This document shows positions 27,595-39,595 of a stretch of DNA of 64,000 nt, one piece after another. This stretch comes from Lytechinus pictus (lineage: Eukaryota). The notes beneath the pieces are model-generated. The model did not search any database. It saw only the letters and a program-made list of their open reading frames with translations, and was not told the origin of the DNA. The translations under genes and the position numbers were made by a program. The first letter of the stretch is position 1. Each line of letters begins with the position of its first letter. The stretch spans positions 43,898,001 to 43,962,000 of the forward strand of contig NC_087245.1 of the NCBI RefSeq assembly GCF_037042905.1. The letters run 5' to 3'.

Positions 27595-29115
27595 CAGCGG
27601 CGTAACAGGGGTCGGTGGCCAGGGGGGGGGGGGGGCAAGAGCAAGAAATTTCCCGGTCATATCATGGTATGAACAGGCGTAATGGTGTAATGAGGCAACG
27701 ATTTTGAGAGGGCCAGATATTGCGTAGCGGGCAGAATTTATCTATCAAAAAAGTTGCGAGCGAACGAAGCGAGCAAAAATTTTGACATTTTTAATACAAA
27801 AATCCAATTTTCTGATAGATTTCGACATGATATCCAGAAAATAATATGTTTCATTCTTCTCTTTCCATTCCTTTTTTTGTGGTCTGTACCCCACTGTGAA
27901 CAGGATTCTTTGCGACAGTAGCGTGAAGAGTACAAAAAACAAGGGGCACATGTACTAAAAAGCTGCTTAATATAAGTTCCGAGCGAGCGAAGCGAGCGAG
28001 AAAAAAAAATCACCTTTTCATAAGAATCTAACTTTGAGATATTTTTTGACATTATATTCAGTAAATAAAATCATATCCTTCACTTTTCCTTTGCTTTTCT
28101 TTCCTCCTTTTTTTTTGCTTTTGGTTGTAGAGCTTTTGGGGCCATGGCCCAACCCTTCCATACTCATATACGGCAGTGCAATGCGGTTGGGGTCTTGGTA
28201 TCAAAGCCATTTGAACCTCGCAGATTGCCGCTATTTTTAATCAAATCGCGGGTATATACAGAATATAACCTTTACACAACACATTTATTCAACCCAGTTG
28301 CGCAATGAACTAAATATTTTGAGGGGGCAAAACAAAGCAATGTGGGAAAATTTGTAACAAAAAAAGAGCCTATTGAAATTAAATTCTAATTATGTGATAG
28401 ATTTTTTTTCCATTATATTCAGCAACATATTTCATTGTTTCCATTAAGGGTCTCCTATAATTATTTCCTCTCGGTGTGGAACCAAGACCCCCGCGCCTAT
28501 ATGCCAGTGATTGAACATAAGGCTTAATGTAGGAACTTCTAGGAAGGGTCCCTACAGGGAAGGGGGGCGTTATAAAGCCATTTGAATGTTATAGATGAAG
28601 AGCCCCTAGTGCGTGGGGTCTGGGGCAAAGCCCCGGTAGCTTATTTGCATAAAGTTTAGCAAGCTTATAGTTATAGCACAATGTTGTATACTGTCCATCT
28701 TTCTTCCCGCTCTTTTCGGCAGCCCGGTCGTGTCATTAAGTGTTTTTTCTTGTCCCATTTCTTTGTTTTCCAATTTAGCTTTTGACTAATTCCATTCTAC
28801 CTTCGTTTCGCGCTATTCTTTGCCACTTTGTCATCTTTTGATTTCTTTCCCATCATGCTATTGCATTACATAGGCCTATTTCGGAATGATTTGTTCTTTT
28901 TGAAATGTTCTTTCGTTCCTTTTCCCGCTTAATTCCTTTTTCATAAAAAAATATTTCTTTTCACTTTTCCCTTTCCTTTTCCTTTTCCCCTTTCCTTCCC
29001 CTTTCCCTTTCTTTCTTTCTCCCTCCCTTTTTTTTTTCTTCCCGTTTTTTTTTACTTTCCCGATGAAATCCGCCAGGGGCAGCTTGCCCCCCCCCCCCCG
29101 CCTGTTACGACACTG
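27595..29115. mobile_element. Complete non-autonomous hAT element with 8-bp TSD
   Basis: TCTATAAG|CAGCGGCGTAACAGG ... CCTGTTACGACACTG|TCTATAAG. Confidence 0.9.
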
Positions 29116-29870
29116 TCTATAAGACATCTTTGGGGATAACCACGATGTATTTTGTGATGTATTGCTTCATGCACATGTATGTGACAGTGAGATTTGATAA
29201 GAAATTCAATTACAAATTCAGCACTTGCACCTGAATCAACCTGATTTACAAGACTCCTTTAAAGAATCAATCATGACAAAGAGTGAGAAAGGCCAACCAT
29301 TCCAGAACAGCATTCTGGGACCATTCAGGAAACCACCCCAAGTCCACACACTGTGAGAGCCTGACACCAGGTACCTAGATTTTCTTTAATCATTATTTTC
29401 TCCTTTCTCATGCCTTGTAGATTTTCCACAATGCATCGCTTTGTAATATTTCTGTTTCTCATCGCACCATTGGTGATGGATTTGAGACTAATTGATGCTG
29501 ACACTGATGATACAGACGATGATCTAGGTAAGATTTTTTTTTTATTATATAAAGATTAGATGTAATAAGCCAGTTCACAGTTAGCTCATGCGCATGAACA
29601 GTACAAGAATAAAATGCAATAATCAAGGTGGTTTTCAAATTCACTGATACTTATGAGCAGGGCCGTCGCTAAAGGGGGGGGGGGTGCCTGTGCGACACCC
29701 CTCACTACTATGGACATCGTCGGTAAATCTGCGCGCCCGTCGGGAAAAAAATGAAAGAAAGGAGGAGAGAGGGAAAAAGAAGGGAGGCAAAAAACAAGGA
29801 AGGGAAAAAGAAGGAAGAAAAAAAGAAAGGAGAGAAAAAAGAAAGAAAAAAGGACAGAGCAAAAAAAACA

Positions 29871-30018
29871 TGCGCCAATGTTTTTGTTTGGTTTGTTTGA
29901 AGCTACCTTATGGTTGTATAAATATTAGCCGGCATGTTGAGCCTAGGCCCTGTTGAATAAAGGTGTTCATTTTGCATCCCAAATCTGATGTGGTTATATT
30001 TCTCCCTTTTTATTGTCG
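29871..30018 (+). repeat. 5' LTR (TATAAAT 29917-29923, AATAAA 29956-29961)
   Basis: Differs from the 3' LTR by 3 substitutions and one 2-bp indel over the shared ~145 bp. The first few bases differ. Confidence 0.9.
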
Positions 30019-30036
30019 TGGTGTCAGCGCTAGGAT
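30019..30036 (+). other. Primer-binding site (tRNA-Leu-like, TGGTGTCAG...)
   Basis: TGGTGTCAGCGCTAGGAT directly follows the LTR and is complementary to a tRNA 3' end ...CTGACACCA. Confidence 0.75.
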
Positions 30037-30377
30037 CGTTTCCCGCCACATAGGATTTTTTTAGGCCAAAACTGGGTCACGCACACGTATCGACAGTTAA
30101 ATACGTAGCTGTAGTGATTTTTACAATTTGAATCGGCTGATTCATCGCTCCATCAGCGAATACCGACACACAGGTAACGCTTTGAAAGCATAGTACGATA
30201 CGATGATGCAGTCAGCGGAAGCGCCCGCACAGTTGCGCAGGTTGAGTCGGTACGAGACTCCCGAATCCTCTAGAGTGGAAGCGTAGTTTATTGATGAATT
30301 TATGTTCATATACTGATTTTTCACCTTTTCTATCTGAGGGTGTTTCATGGCAAAGGGAGTCGAAGGCAAATACCTTA

Positions 30378-33300
30378 TAGTAGAGCGGATTAGCTCCAAA
30401 AACCACAGCAATTGTGCAAATTTTGACTAAAGCATGAAACTTTCACAAGTATTAGTATATGCCGTAAGATTGATTTTAAAGATGGGAGGTAAATTTTTAA
30501 ATGCCATTTTCGGCCGTTGCCATGGCAACGGATTAATTTCTCCAAAACAACATACATTCCCATGTAAATGGTAAATAAACATGATATAGATGACCAAAAT
30601 GATAATTTTCAGGCTCCCGATTGAATACATATGAAATTTAGAAATATTCAAGATCATCAAGATAGTTCCAATTGGTCTGTTGCCATGGCAACGGCTTGTT
30701 TTTCCCCAGAAAAATAAAAATATTTGTTTGAAAAACCTTGTAGAATATGATTTATCTTTAATTTCCCCTAATTTTACAATGCTTAACAAAGATATTTTGG
30801 TTGCTAAATGTGTAAATTACATCTCAAGGCATTGCCATGGCAACCAAATATAATCTAGTTTACAAAAATAACATGGTTGACAAGACAATGGACAGGTGGA
30901 AAATACAATTGGAATTGACTTTAATCTGTATGCTTAAGTTTTGACCCCCTCATTTGAACAAAATATACAAAAAGTGTTCTGCAGGAGTTCTTTATAAAGA
31001 TAAAAAATTATGTTCCCTTGGTTATGCTTGAATTGAATTAAAAAAAAAACAATTTTACAAAGGGTCTGTTGCCATGGCAACAGCTTATTTCTCTCTAGAA
31101 AGGTAAAAATATTGATAAAAATGTAGAATACATGTACGGTATGATAATCATTCCATTTTCCCAAATTTAAAGGTACTAATCGAGATATGTTTGTGACTAA
31201 ATTTATAAATATAACATCTTAAGCCATTGCCATGGCAAACAAAAAACATCTAATTAAAAAAAAAAGTGGATGATAAGGTTAACAACAGGTGAAAAATACA
31301 ATGAATATTAACTTAATGTACATGCGTAAGGTTTGACCTACTCAACTAATTTAGGGAAAAATAATACAGTCAGTGTTCTGCATGAACTAATTAAAATGAT
31401 AAACATTGATGTTGCCTTGGTAATACTTGAATTCAACGATAAATATCAATGTTCCAAATGGCCTGTTGCCATAGCAACGGATCATTTACCCAAGAACAGT
31501 ACCAGTTTTGATTTAAAAAAGGACTGTATAATCTGATTTTTCTTTCATTTTCCTTAATTTTAGGATTAGAATAGATATGTTTGCTGTTAACATGCAAATA
31601 ATATCTAAATCCATTGTCATGGCAACCAAATAACATCTGATTTGAAAAAAAAATATACCATGGTTGACATGATAATGGACAGGTGGAAAATGCAATTTAT
31701 AACAATTAACTCAAGGTTTGACCCAGTCATTTAATTTTGAACAAAGATTACAGTGTTTCGCATTAGTTCATTAGAATTATGAAATTTGAGATTGCCTTGG
31801 TAATGCTTGAATTTAATGATAAATATCAATGTTGCATATTTTAATAAGTCTACTTGTCATGTAAAATTAGAAGTGAATAGATTATACTTCATGTTGATTC
31901 CATTCATAATCATGTTAATCTAAAAATTATCACAGCATTTCAAAATCTTCTTCGTCAAAATCAGTAGCGTAATTTGGAGGGGTCCAGATATGATGTATCG
32001 AGTGAAATGTATTTTTAAAAGTTGTCAGCTAGCCCAGCGAAAGAGTGAAACCTTCGAAATTTTTCATTTTTTTTTACAAAAATAAAATTTTGGGTATAGT
32101 ATTCGGAAAATAATCATATTTTATCCATCTCTCTTTCACTTTCTCTTTATTTTTTTCTTGGTAATGATTTTTTTGGGGTGGAGTAGGATTGCAGAATTCC
32201 CGGGAATTTTCTTGATGGAATCATTTCATGGGTATAAACGGGAATTTTGTGGGAATTTTTGGAATTTTCGGCAATTTTCAAGAAATGATGGGAATTTACA
32301 AAAAGTAACAATTTTCTATGCAGAAATTAAAATGCATACCCTAGCAGATGATACTTGATAATTCTTTGCCTTCAAATTTCAAGCCAAGTATTATGCTAAA
32401 ACAGTCAGACAAAGCAAAATTTTAATGATTTCCATGTAAAAGTTGATTTACTGTATTTACTTTGATTACCAAATCAACATATCGTAATGAAATCATGCAT
32501 AACACTTAATGTGATTTTAAAATTAAAAGAGTAGGTCAAACCTTACACATATTAAGTTAATTTTATTGTATTGTCCACCTGTCCATTATCTTGTCAGCCA
32601 TGTTATTTTTTGGAAAATTAAATGTTATTTTATTGCCATGGTAATGCCTTAAGATGTTATTTATACTTTTAACAACAGAGATGTACGTGTATGTTTGGCA
32701 CCCTAAACTTAGTAGAATTGAATGAAAAATAAGATTCTACAAGGCATTTTTTAATCAAAGATGGTATTTTAGGGGGAATAAAATGACCCGTTGTCATGGG
32801 AACAGAACACACATTTGCAAACATTAATATTAAATTCAAGCATTACCAAGGCAACTGTCAGTTTTTATCATGCTAATGAACTCATGCGGAACACTGTATT
32901 TTTTGTTCAAAACTTAATGACTGGTCAAACCTTATGTAGATTAAGTAAATCTTTACTTTACATTCCACCTGTCCATTATCATTTCAACTGTGTTAGCTTG
33001 TTTTAAAAATTATATCTTAAGTGGTTGTCATGGCAATGGCTGAAGATGTTATTTATTTATTAACAGCAAGCATATAGAATAGCTCCCTAAAATTGGGGCA
33101 AATGAAATAAAAATCAGATTTTACAATTTTGTGTTTTTCTGGGGGGAATTGAGCTGTTGCCATGGCAACGGTACATTTGAAACACTAATATTTATCATTA
33201 AATTCAAGTATTACCAAGGCAACATCATTTTATTATTCTAATGAACTCATACAGAACTCTTACTGAAATTTTTTTTCAAAAATTAAATGACTGGCCAAAC

Positions 33301-34628
33301 CTTTCGCATATTGAGTTATTTGTAATTGTATTTTACACCTGTCCATAATCTTGTCATCCCAATTATTTTTTTTTGTATTAGATATTATCTGGTTGCCATG
33401 GCAATAGCTTCAGATGTTATTTATACATTTTGCATCAAACATATCGATGTTTAGCACACTAAGATTAGGGGAAATGCAAGAAAAATCAAATTCTACAGTA
33501 CCTTATTTAATCAAAACTGGTACTAAATGATCCGTTGCTATGGCAACAGGCCATTTGGAACATTGATATTTATTGTTGAATTCAAGTATTACCAAGGCAA
33601 CATCAATGTTTATCATTCTAATTAGTTCATGAAGAACACTGACTGTATTATTTTCCCCTAAATTATTTGAGTAGGTCAAACGTTACGCGTATGTACACGT
33701 TAATTTTTATTATATTGTTCACCTGTTCATAAGCTTATCATCTATGTTGTTGGTTTTTTTCAAATTAGATATTATCTGGTTGCCATGACAATGGCTTAAG
33801 ATGTTATATTTATAAATTTAGTCACAAAAATATCTCGATTAGTACCTTAAAATTAGGGAAAATGGAATGATGATCATACCGTACATGTATTCTACATTTT
33901 TATAAATATTTTTACCTTTCTAGAGGGAAATAGGTTGTTGCCATGGCAACGGGCCCTTTGCAAAATTGTTTCTTTTTTAATTTAATTCAAGCTTTACCAA
34001 GGCAACATGATTTTTTATCTTTATAAAGAACTCCTGCAGAACACTTTCTGTATTTTTTGTTCAAATGAGAGGGGTCAAAACTTAAGCATACATATTAAGT
34101 TAATTCCACTTGTATTTTCTACCTGTCCATGGTCTTGTCAACCATGTTATTTTTGTAAATTAGATGTTATTTGGTTGCCATGGCAATGGCTTGAGATGTA
34201 GTTTACACATTTAGCAACCAAAATATCTCCGATAAGCACTGTCAAGTTAGGGGAAATTAAAGATAAATCATATTCTACAACGTTTTTTTATCAATTTTTT
34301 TACTTTGCTGGGGAAAAACAAGCCGTTGCCATGGCAACAGACCAATTGGAACTATCTTGATGATCTTGAATATTTCTAAATATCATATGTATTCAATTGG
34401 GAGCCTGAAATTATTATTTTGGTCATCTATACCATGTTTATTTACCATTTACATGGGAATGCATGTTATTTTGGAGAAATTAATCCGTTGCCATGGCAAC
34501 GGCCGAAAATGGCATTTATAAATTAACCTCCCATCTTTAAAATAAATCTTACGGCATATACTAATACTTGTGAAAGTTTCATGCTTTAGTCATAATTTGC
34601 ACAATTGTTCGGCTAATCCGCTCTACTA
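30378..34628. mobile_element. 4.25-kb foldback DNA transposon (non-coding) with ~1.45-kb modular TIRs, TAG..CTA termini and TA duplication
   Basis: TA|TAGTAGAGCGGATTAGC ... GCTAATCCGCTCTACTA|TA. 30378 to ~31830 is the inverted copy of ~33185-34628. Built of ~390-bp subunits. Confidence 0.92.
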
Positions 34629-34960
34629 TACGGGGTTTTGTTGACGATCCCTTTGACGTTGCTGGCGGTAAGACAGCCGCTCAGAAAGTTGTGGTTTTGG
34701 AACTCATGCTGGGGCAAATTTCAGCTTCTTGCCCGATTATCGCTAGAGGTTCTATTGTAAATAAGTCCACTTCACTTGCAGACATATGGGATCTTGTTTG
34801 CATACATTTTGGTTTCGACAGACAAATACTAGCCAATGACAATTATCAATATCATGTCAGTCAAAGTCATGATTGTTGTGAAGATGAAGATGAGTTCGAT
34901 GACAATGAATTGAGACATGATGCAGGATGTGAGAAAAATAATGTCAGTGAGTTGAGATGT

Positions 34961-35184
34961 ATTGGTGATTGGTGATTGGTGGGGATTTTTTTTCCGATTG
35001 CTAAGAAAGCATGAATGCTTGTAAGCAAGCAACCAGAGGACCGACGGCTTAAGGTCCTCTCCGAAGGACCTGGTAATGAGGATTACTGCCTTATCAAGGG
35101 GCACTAGCGCACCAATTGGGAATCGAACCCGGGTCACCGGAATACGAATCCCCCGCTCTACCGACTGAGCTATCGCGCCTCCTC
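34961..35184 (-). mobile_element. tRNA-derived SINE
   Basis: Minus strand: A box TAGCTCAGTCGG, B box GGTTCGATTCC, body CCTTCGGAGAGGACCTTAAGCCGTCGGTCC (resembles a MetaSINE-type domain, from memory), and a (CACCAAT)3 tail. Confidence 0.88.
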
Positions 35185-38100
35185 ATGTGATGTGATGAAG
35201 GAATTGATGAAAATAAACACAAAGAGAATGTCAATGATAATGAGTTCAGATGTAATGAAAGAAGTAAACATGAAGTCAATGTGTTCAGATGTGATGAAAA
35301 TAAACTTTAAGACAATGATAATGAGTTGAGATGTGATGAAGGAAGTGATGTAAATAAACATGAAGACAATGATAATGAGTTGAGATGTGATGTAGGAAGT
35401 GATGAAAATAAGCATGAAGACGATGTCAATGATGAGTTGAAATATGATGAAGGAAGTGATGAAAATAAACATAAAGGCAATGCCAAGGATAATGAGTTTA
35501 GCTTTGTACATGTGGACGAAGGTGGTATCTCCAGTCGTGAAGTTGATGACATTGCTTTGCGAGATGATGATTGGAGTAGGCCTGTTCACACTAGCGATTC
35601 TTCGAGGTTTAGCGTTGAGTTAGATGGGTCTAGAGCTATATCGTCTGGAGATTTAGATTTAACCGACCTTGTAACACAGTCTGTTAGTCTTGATGGTTGC
35701 GCTGCTGAGCTGTCGGCAATGCATGTAGCTAGTGATGATCATGGGTCTCACAATGATGTGGTGTGTAATCCGGGTATTCCTACCGATGATGATCGTTCAT
35801 CGGAGCCTGATTGTTTCCAAGGTCATTAACTCACTGTTGAACTGGGATGTGATCCCCATTCACTTGATATGTTATCAGGCACTTGCACACTTGGTGCGAG
35901 TAAAGATCAGTTGGATTTCTGTGTTGATGTTGATAGCAATGTTCGCTATGTTGGTTCATCAGAGAGAGATGAAAAGTGCAAAGACTTGTCAGTTATCCCG
36001 GACAGTACTCCTGGTTTCCAGATTGTGCCAACTTCTACTTGCATTGACGGGGCTGATAGGCTCTTGCGCTCTGATACACTGTTCACTCATCACACGCCCA
36101 AACAGTGCATGCACCATTCACATACAAGCGCTCGTTTTCGATTCACACATTCGAATGATAGGCTAGCCGTTCTCGATCTCGCTATCGACCAGACTAACAA
36201 TACCTCTGTTCGGTTCGCATGTTCGAGTGATAGAGTAGCCGTTCTCGATCTCGCTATCGGCCAAACTAACAATACCTCCGTTCGGTTGGCATGTTTGAAT
36301 GATAGAATAGCCGATCTCGCTATCAGCCAAGCTAGCAGTACCTCCGTTGACATGACAACACATCAACTGCGCCTGTATATGCTCGAGCCATCGTCTCGCA
36401 TTCAGTTATCTCCAGATAACCCAACTCGAGCAATTGATCCAGGTGCTGATCGGAAGTACACCATGGACTGCTTTGAGCCCACTACCATCCCTGATCTACG
36501 TGTGGATCCACCACATTGTCTTCAGCTTGAGGATGCCCTGTTCCCCCAAGGACGCCCTCCAGACGTCCATATTTGCCAGCATGGTGTTGCTCTTGCCGAC
36601 TCTTCCGTGGTTGTTGCCAAGGTGACCGCCGTCCAGGATGAGGAATTCCAGTGTTTTCTACACCGGCAAAATGGTGACTACACTTACCAGCCTGTGAGGT
36701 ATACCGCCTCTGATGTGATCCCCAGCCTTGGTGCAGTTCTTATGGGTACCAACATCTCGGCCCCCATGGGTCGACCCCCTGACGTTCAACGTGGTCGCGA
36801 TGTCTCCACTTCGCGTACCAGTAGACCTGCCCAAGATTGTTCTCACACCACCCTCAAGATGGGCCCTACTACAGGAGTTTTGATGGCTTCTCTACAACTC
36901 GCCTATGGACTTTCGCGACCATGGTTCTACATGTCCGCTGCTCTCTATGATCCTCCAGTTAACCCTTCGTACTTGGACTGATTCATGCAGAGCAGTAACA
37001 GTTGTCCAGACATAGGCTCAGACTTAGGTCCAGACATGGGCCCAGACATAGATCCAGACATAGGTCGCTTCGCTAGCTATGCCCCGGATATTACCCCACC
37101 GGCCCCGCCACACCCCCGCCTGTCCCCTGCATCAGTGTTTTTTTTTAGTTACCAGCTGCGGCCGGTCACGTCGCATTCTACGCCACAAGAACTGTTGGAC
37201 TATTCTCACCTGACCGCTGTTCTCTTCATTTGGGCATGTACAGTTTATTGATTGCATTGATGATTTATTGCTCGATTTGTGATTTTTGTCATGATATGTA
37301 CGATAGTGTTTTTCTTTGTTTTCTATTGTATTTGTTTAAATGCTACTTGGCGAAATATGTTCTTTGATTCGTTAGAAATGTTTCATCTTATTTGTATTGG
37401 TTTTGTTTCAATTTTATCGATAGTACGGTACAGTTGTAAACAGTTGGTATGATCCATACAGTTTGTTCAGTTGGTCATTGAAGGAAAGAATGGTTACTGG
37501 TACTGGTATTAGTTTTCATAGGATACAAGTGTGTTTCTAGGACAAACCACTGGGCAGTTTGCAGCCTGTACAATTTTCTTTGCATATTCATTGAGTAAAT
37601 TGTTTTTGTTTGTTATGATTATGCTACTTTTATTTGGGGGATACTGATGTGAGCCATATGCTTATTGCATACCAAGAGGGAATTTTCTGCCTTTGTTTTG
37701 TTTAATACTGATTGTCTAGATTTTACCTTTAAGTTATTATTGGTGACAGGTATTTTATATGTAGACCTCATTTGTGATCTTTCCAATATATTTGATCACA
37801 CCTCTTGACTTCATGTTGTGGATATTTTTGTGTGCTTAATTTTTGTTTATGCCTTTCATGTTGTATCTTACTTTTTTTAGCTTGTATTCGCCCTGTCACA
37901 AATACCTGTTTTGTATTGTTCCTTACAATATGATATACAGGAGACAAAACAGTGCAAATAATAAAGATGTGTAAAAGCTTGTTTACACGGTTTATCAGTG
38001 TAAGTAAAGTGGAAAAGAGAACTGTTTTACATGACATGCCTGAATTTTTGCGGTTTTGAATTTAGGTTTATAGTTGCCGTGCATGATTTGTTTTATTAAG

Positions 38101-38712
38101 AAAGATAGTAATGTGGATCGTCATTATTTATTAACTATTGGAATGGAAAGAATAACCTTTGGTTAGGATTCATTGGTCGACTAGCGTGTTTACCTGTGAT
38201 GGCCGGAACGCTGTTCTGGAAATGTGAGTAGATATTGGTCAATTTTAGAAATACCCTATAGATGTATTTTATTTAGCGTATGTTTGGCCTTTGTTTAATT
38301 CTTTTATGGTCATGCACTTGCGTCGATCGGCAAGAAGTTAATGGATGAAGAAGCATTCGTATATTGGTTGTTGTAATTAGTATTCGGTCATTTAACGTTA
38401 ACGAATAGTTTACATGCCTTTAAACTTGCATATTTAAATTGACTATTGCCTCTTGTAGTATGACAGACTAACTATATGTAGATGTGTGTATTGAAGTTTT
38501 TCACTCGATTTGGTAGGTTTGTTGTTTATAATTTTTTTAATGGTTATACATGTAGTGTTGTTACATACTAGTCTGAGCTTTTCAAGCAGATTTCTTGTGA
38601 GATACTTGAACTATTTTAAATACTCGAATTATGTGATTTGTAGGGTTGATCAGTCCAGAATGTAGTGCTTGTAGTTCGGTGCTGCACATGGTTTATATAA
38701 TTTGCATTCCCT

Positions 38713-38736
38713 AGATGAAGATGGAAGAAAGAAGAA
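38713..38736 (+). other. Polypurine tract
   Basis: AGATGAAGATGGAAGAAAGAAGAA directly before the TGT of the 3' LTR. Confidence 0.8.
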
Positions 38737-38887
38737 TGTATCACGCCAATGTTTGTGTTTGGTTTGTTTGAAGCTACCTTATGGTTGTATAAATATTAGC
38801 CGGCATGTTCAGCCTAGGCCTTGTTGAATAAAGGTGTTCATTTTGCATCCCAAATCTGATGTGGTTATTTCTCCCTTTTTATTGTCG
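38737..38887 (+). repeat. 3' LTR (151 bp, TG...CG)
   Basis: Direct repeat of 29873-30018. Confidence 0.9.
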
Positions 38888-39595
38888 ATGGGCTGTTGGA
38901 CCGACGCCTGTCGGAAAATGATAACCTGTCGGGTCACCTGTGGCTGTTCCAACGGCTTCATCTACCTACAGTGATTAAAATTTACCGATTTTCAGTCTTA
39001 ATTGCCTAAAAAGTGAACACGCGCTTGGTACCGACAGTGAATAAAATGGCCCGGTTGTAGGTCTAGATAGCCAAAAATGTTCAGCTCGCCCTTCGCGCTC
39101 GCATTATTCCTTTAGTGAGATCGACGCCTGTCAGAAAAATGATAAACTGTCGGATCACACTGGAATTTTCCAACTGTCTCATGTACAGGCAGTGATTAGA
39201 ACGTAAATATCGGGTCACCCAGTGCTGTTCCAAGGGCTTCATCTACAGACAGTGATTAGATGTCCCGACTTTATAGTATACATCGCGTAAAAAAGTCACA
39301 CGTGCTTTTACCGACAGTGATTAAAATGACCCGGTTGTAGTTCTAACTCGCAAAAAAAAAAAAAAATCGGCTCGCACTTCACATCATTCATTTTAGTGAG
39401 ATCTACATCATTTTCACAATATTATTACGTCTTGGACAGCACTTAAAAGGTCCCCTAGAGGGTCAGTATGAACATCAGCTCTCGCTATGCGCTCACATTA
39501 TCTATTAAGATTAGTGAAAAAAGTATCATGACTGCAAACAGTTAATAAACATGTCCTTTTTAAGAACAGTTAATTGAAAATATCAGCTCGCGCTT

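Larger units (their letters stand above)
30203..37251 (+). pseudogene. Disrupted ~850-aa ORF: Gag-like N-terminus plus acidic, 24-aa, GRPPD and DIGP repeats
   Basis: Removing the foldback insert and one TA gives ..FSPFLSEGVSWQRESKANTLRGFVDD..KTAAQKVVVLELMLGQISASCPIIAR..IWDLVCIHFGF. ORFs 35326-35829, 35869-36981 and 36985-37251 are in one frame, separated by single stops. Confidence 0.75.
29871..38887 (+). mobile_element. Non-autonomous LTR retrotransposon with short LTRs and a single gag-like ORF, no pol
   Basis: Direct repeats 29873-30018 and 38744-38887. PBS follows the 5' LTR and a PPT precedes the 3' LTR. Contains a disrupted internal ORF. Confidence 0.88.

Noticed and set aside
28876..29956. 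Lys/Arg-rich or Phe-rich short ORFs (also 10973-11250 and 25177-25460)
   Set aside because: They are translations of purine/pyrimidine tracts within MITE ends.
35105..35182. tRNA gene on the minus strand
   Set aside because: A and B boxes are present, but the acceptor stem is poor and the sequence continues into a SINE body and repeat tail.
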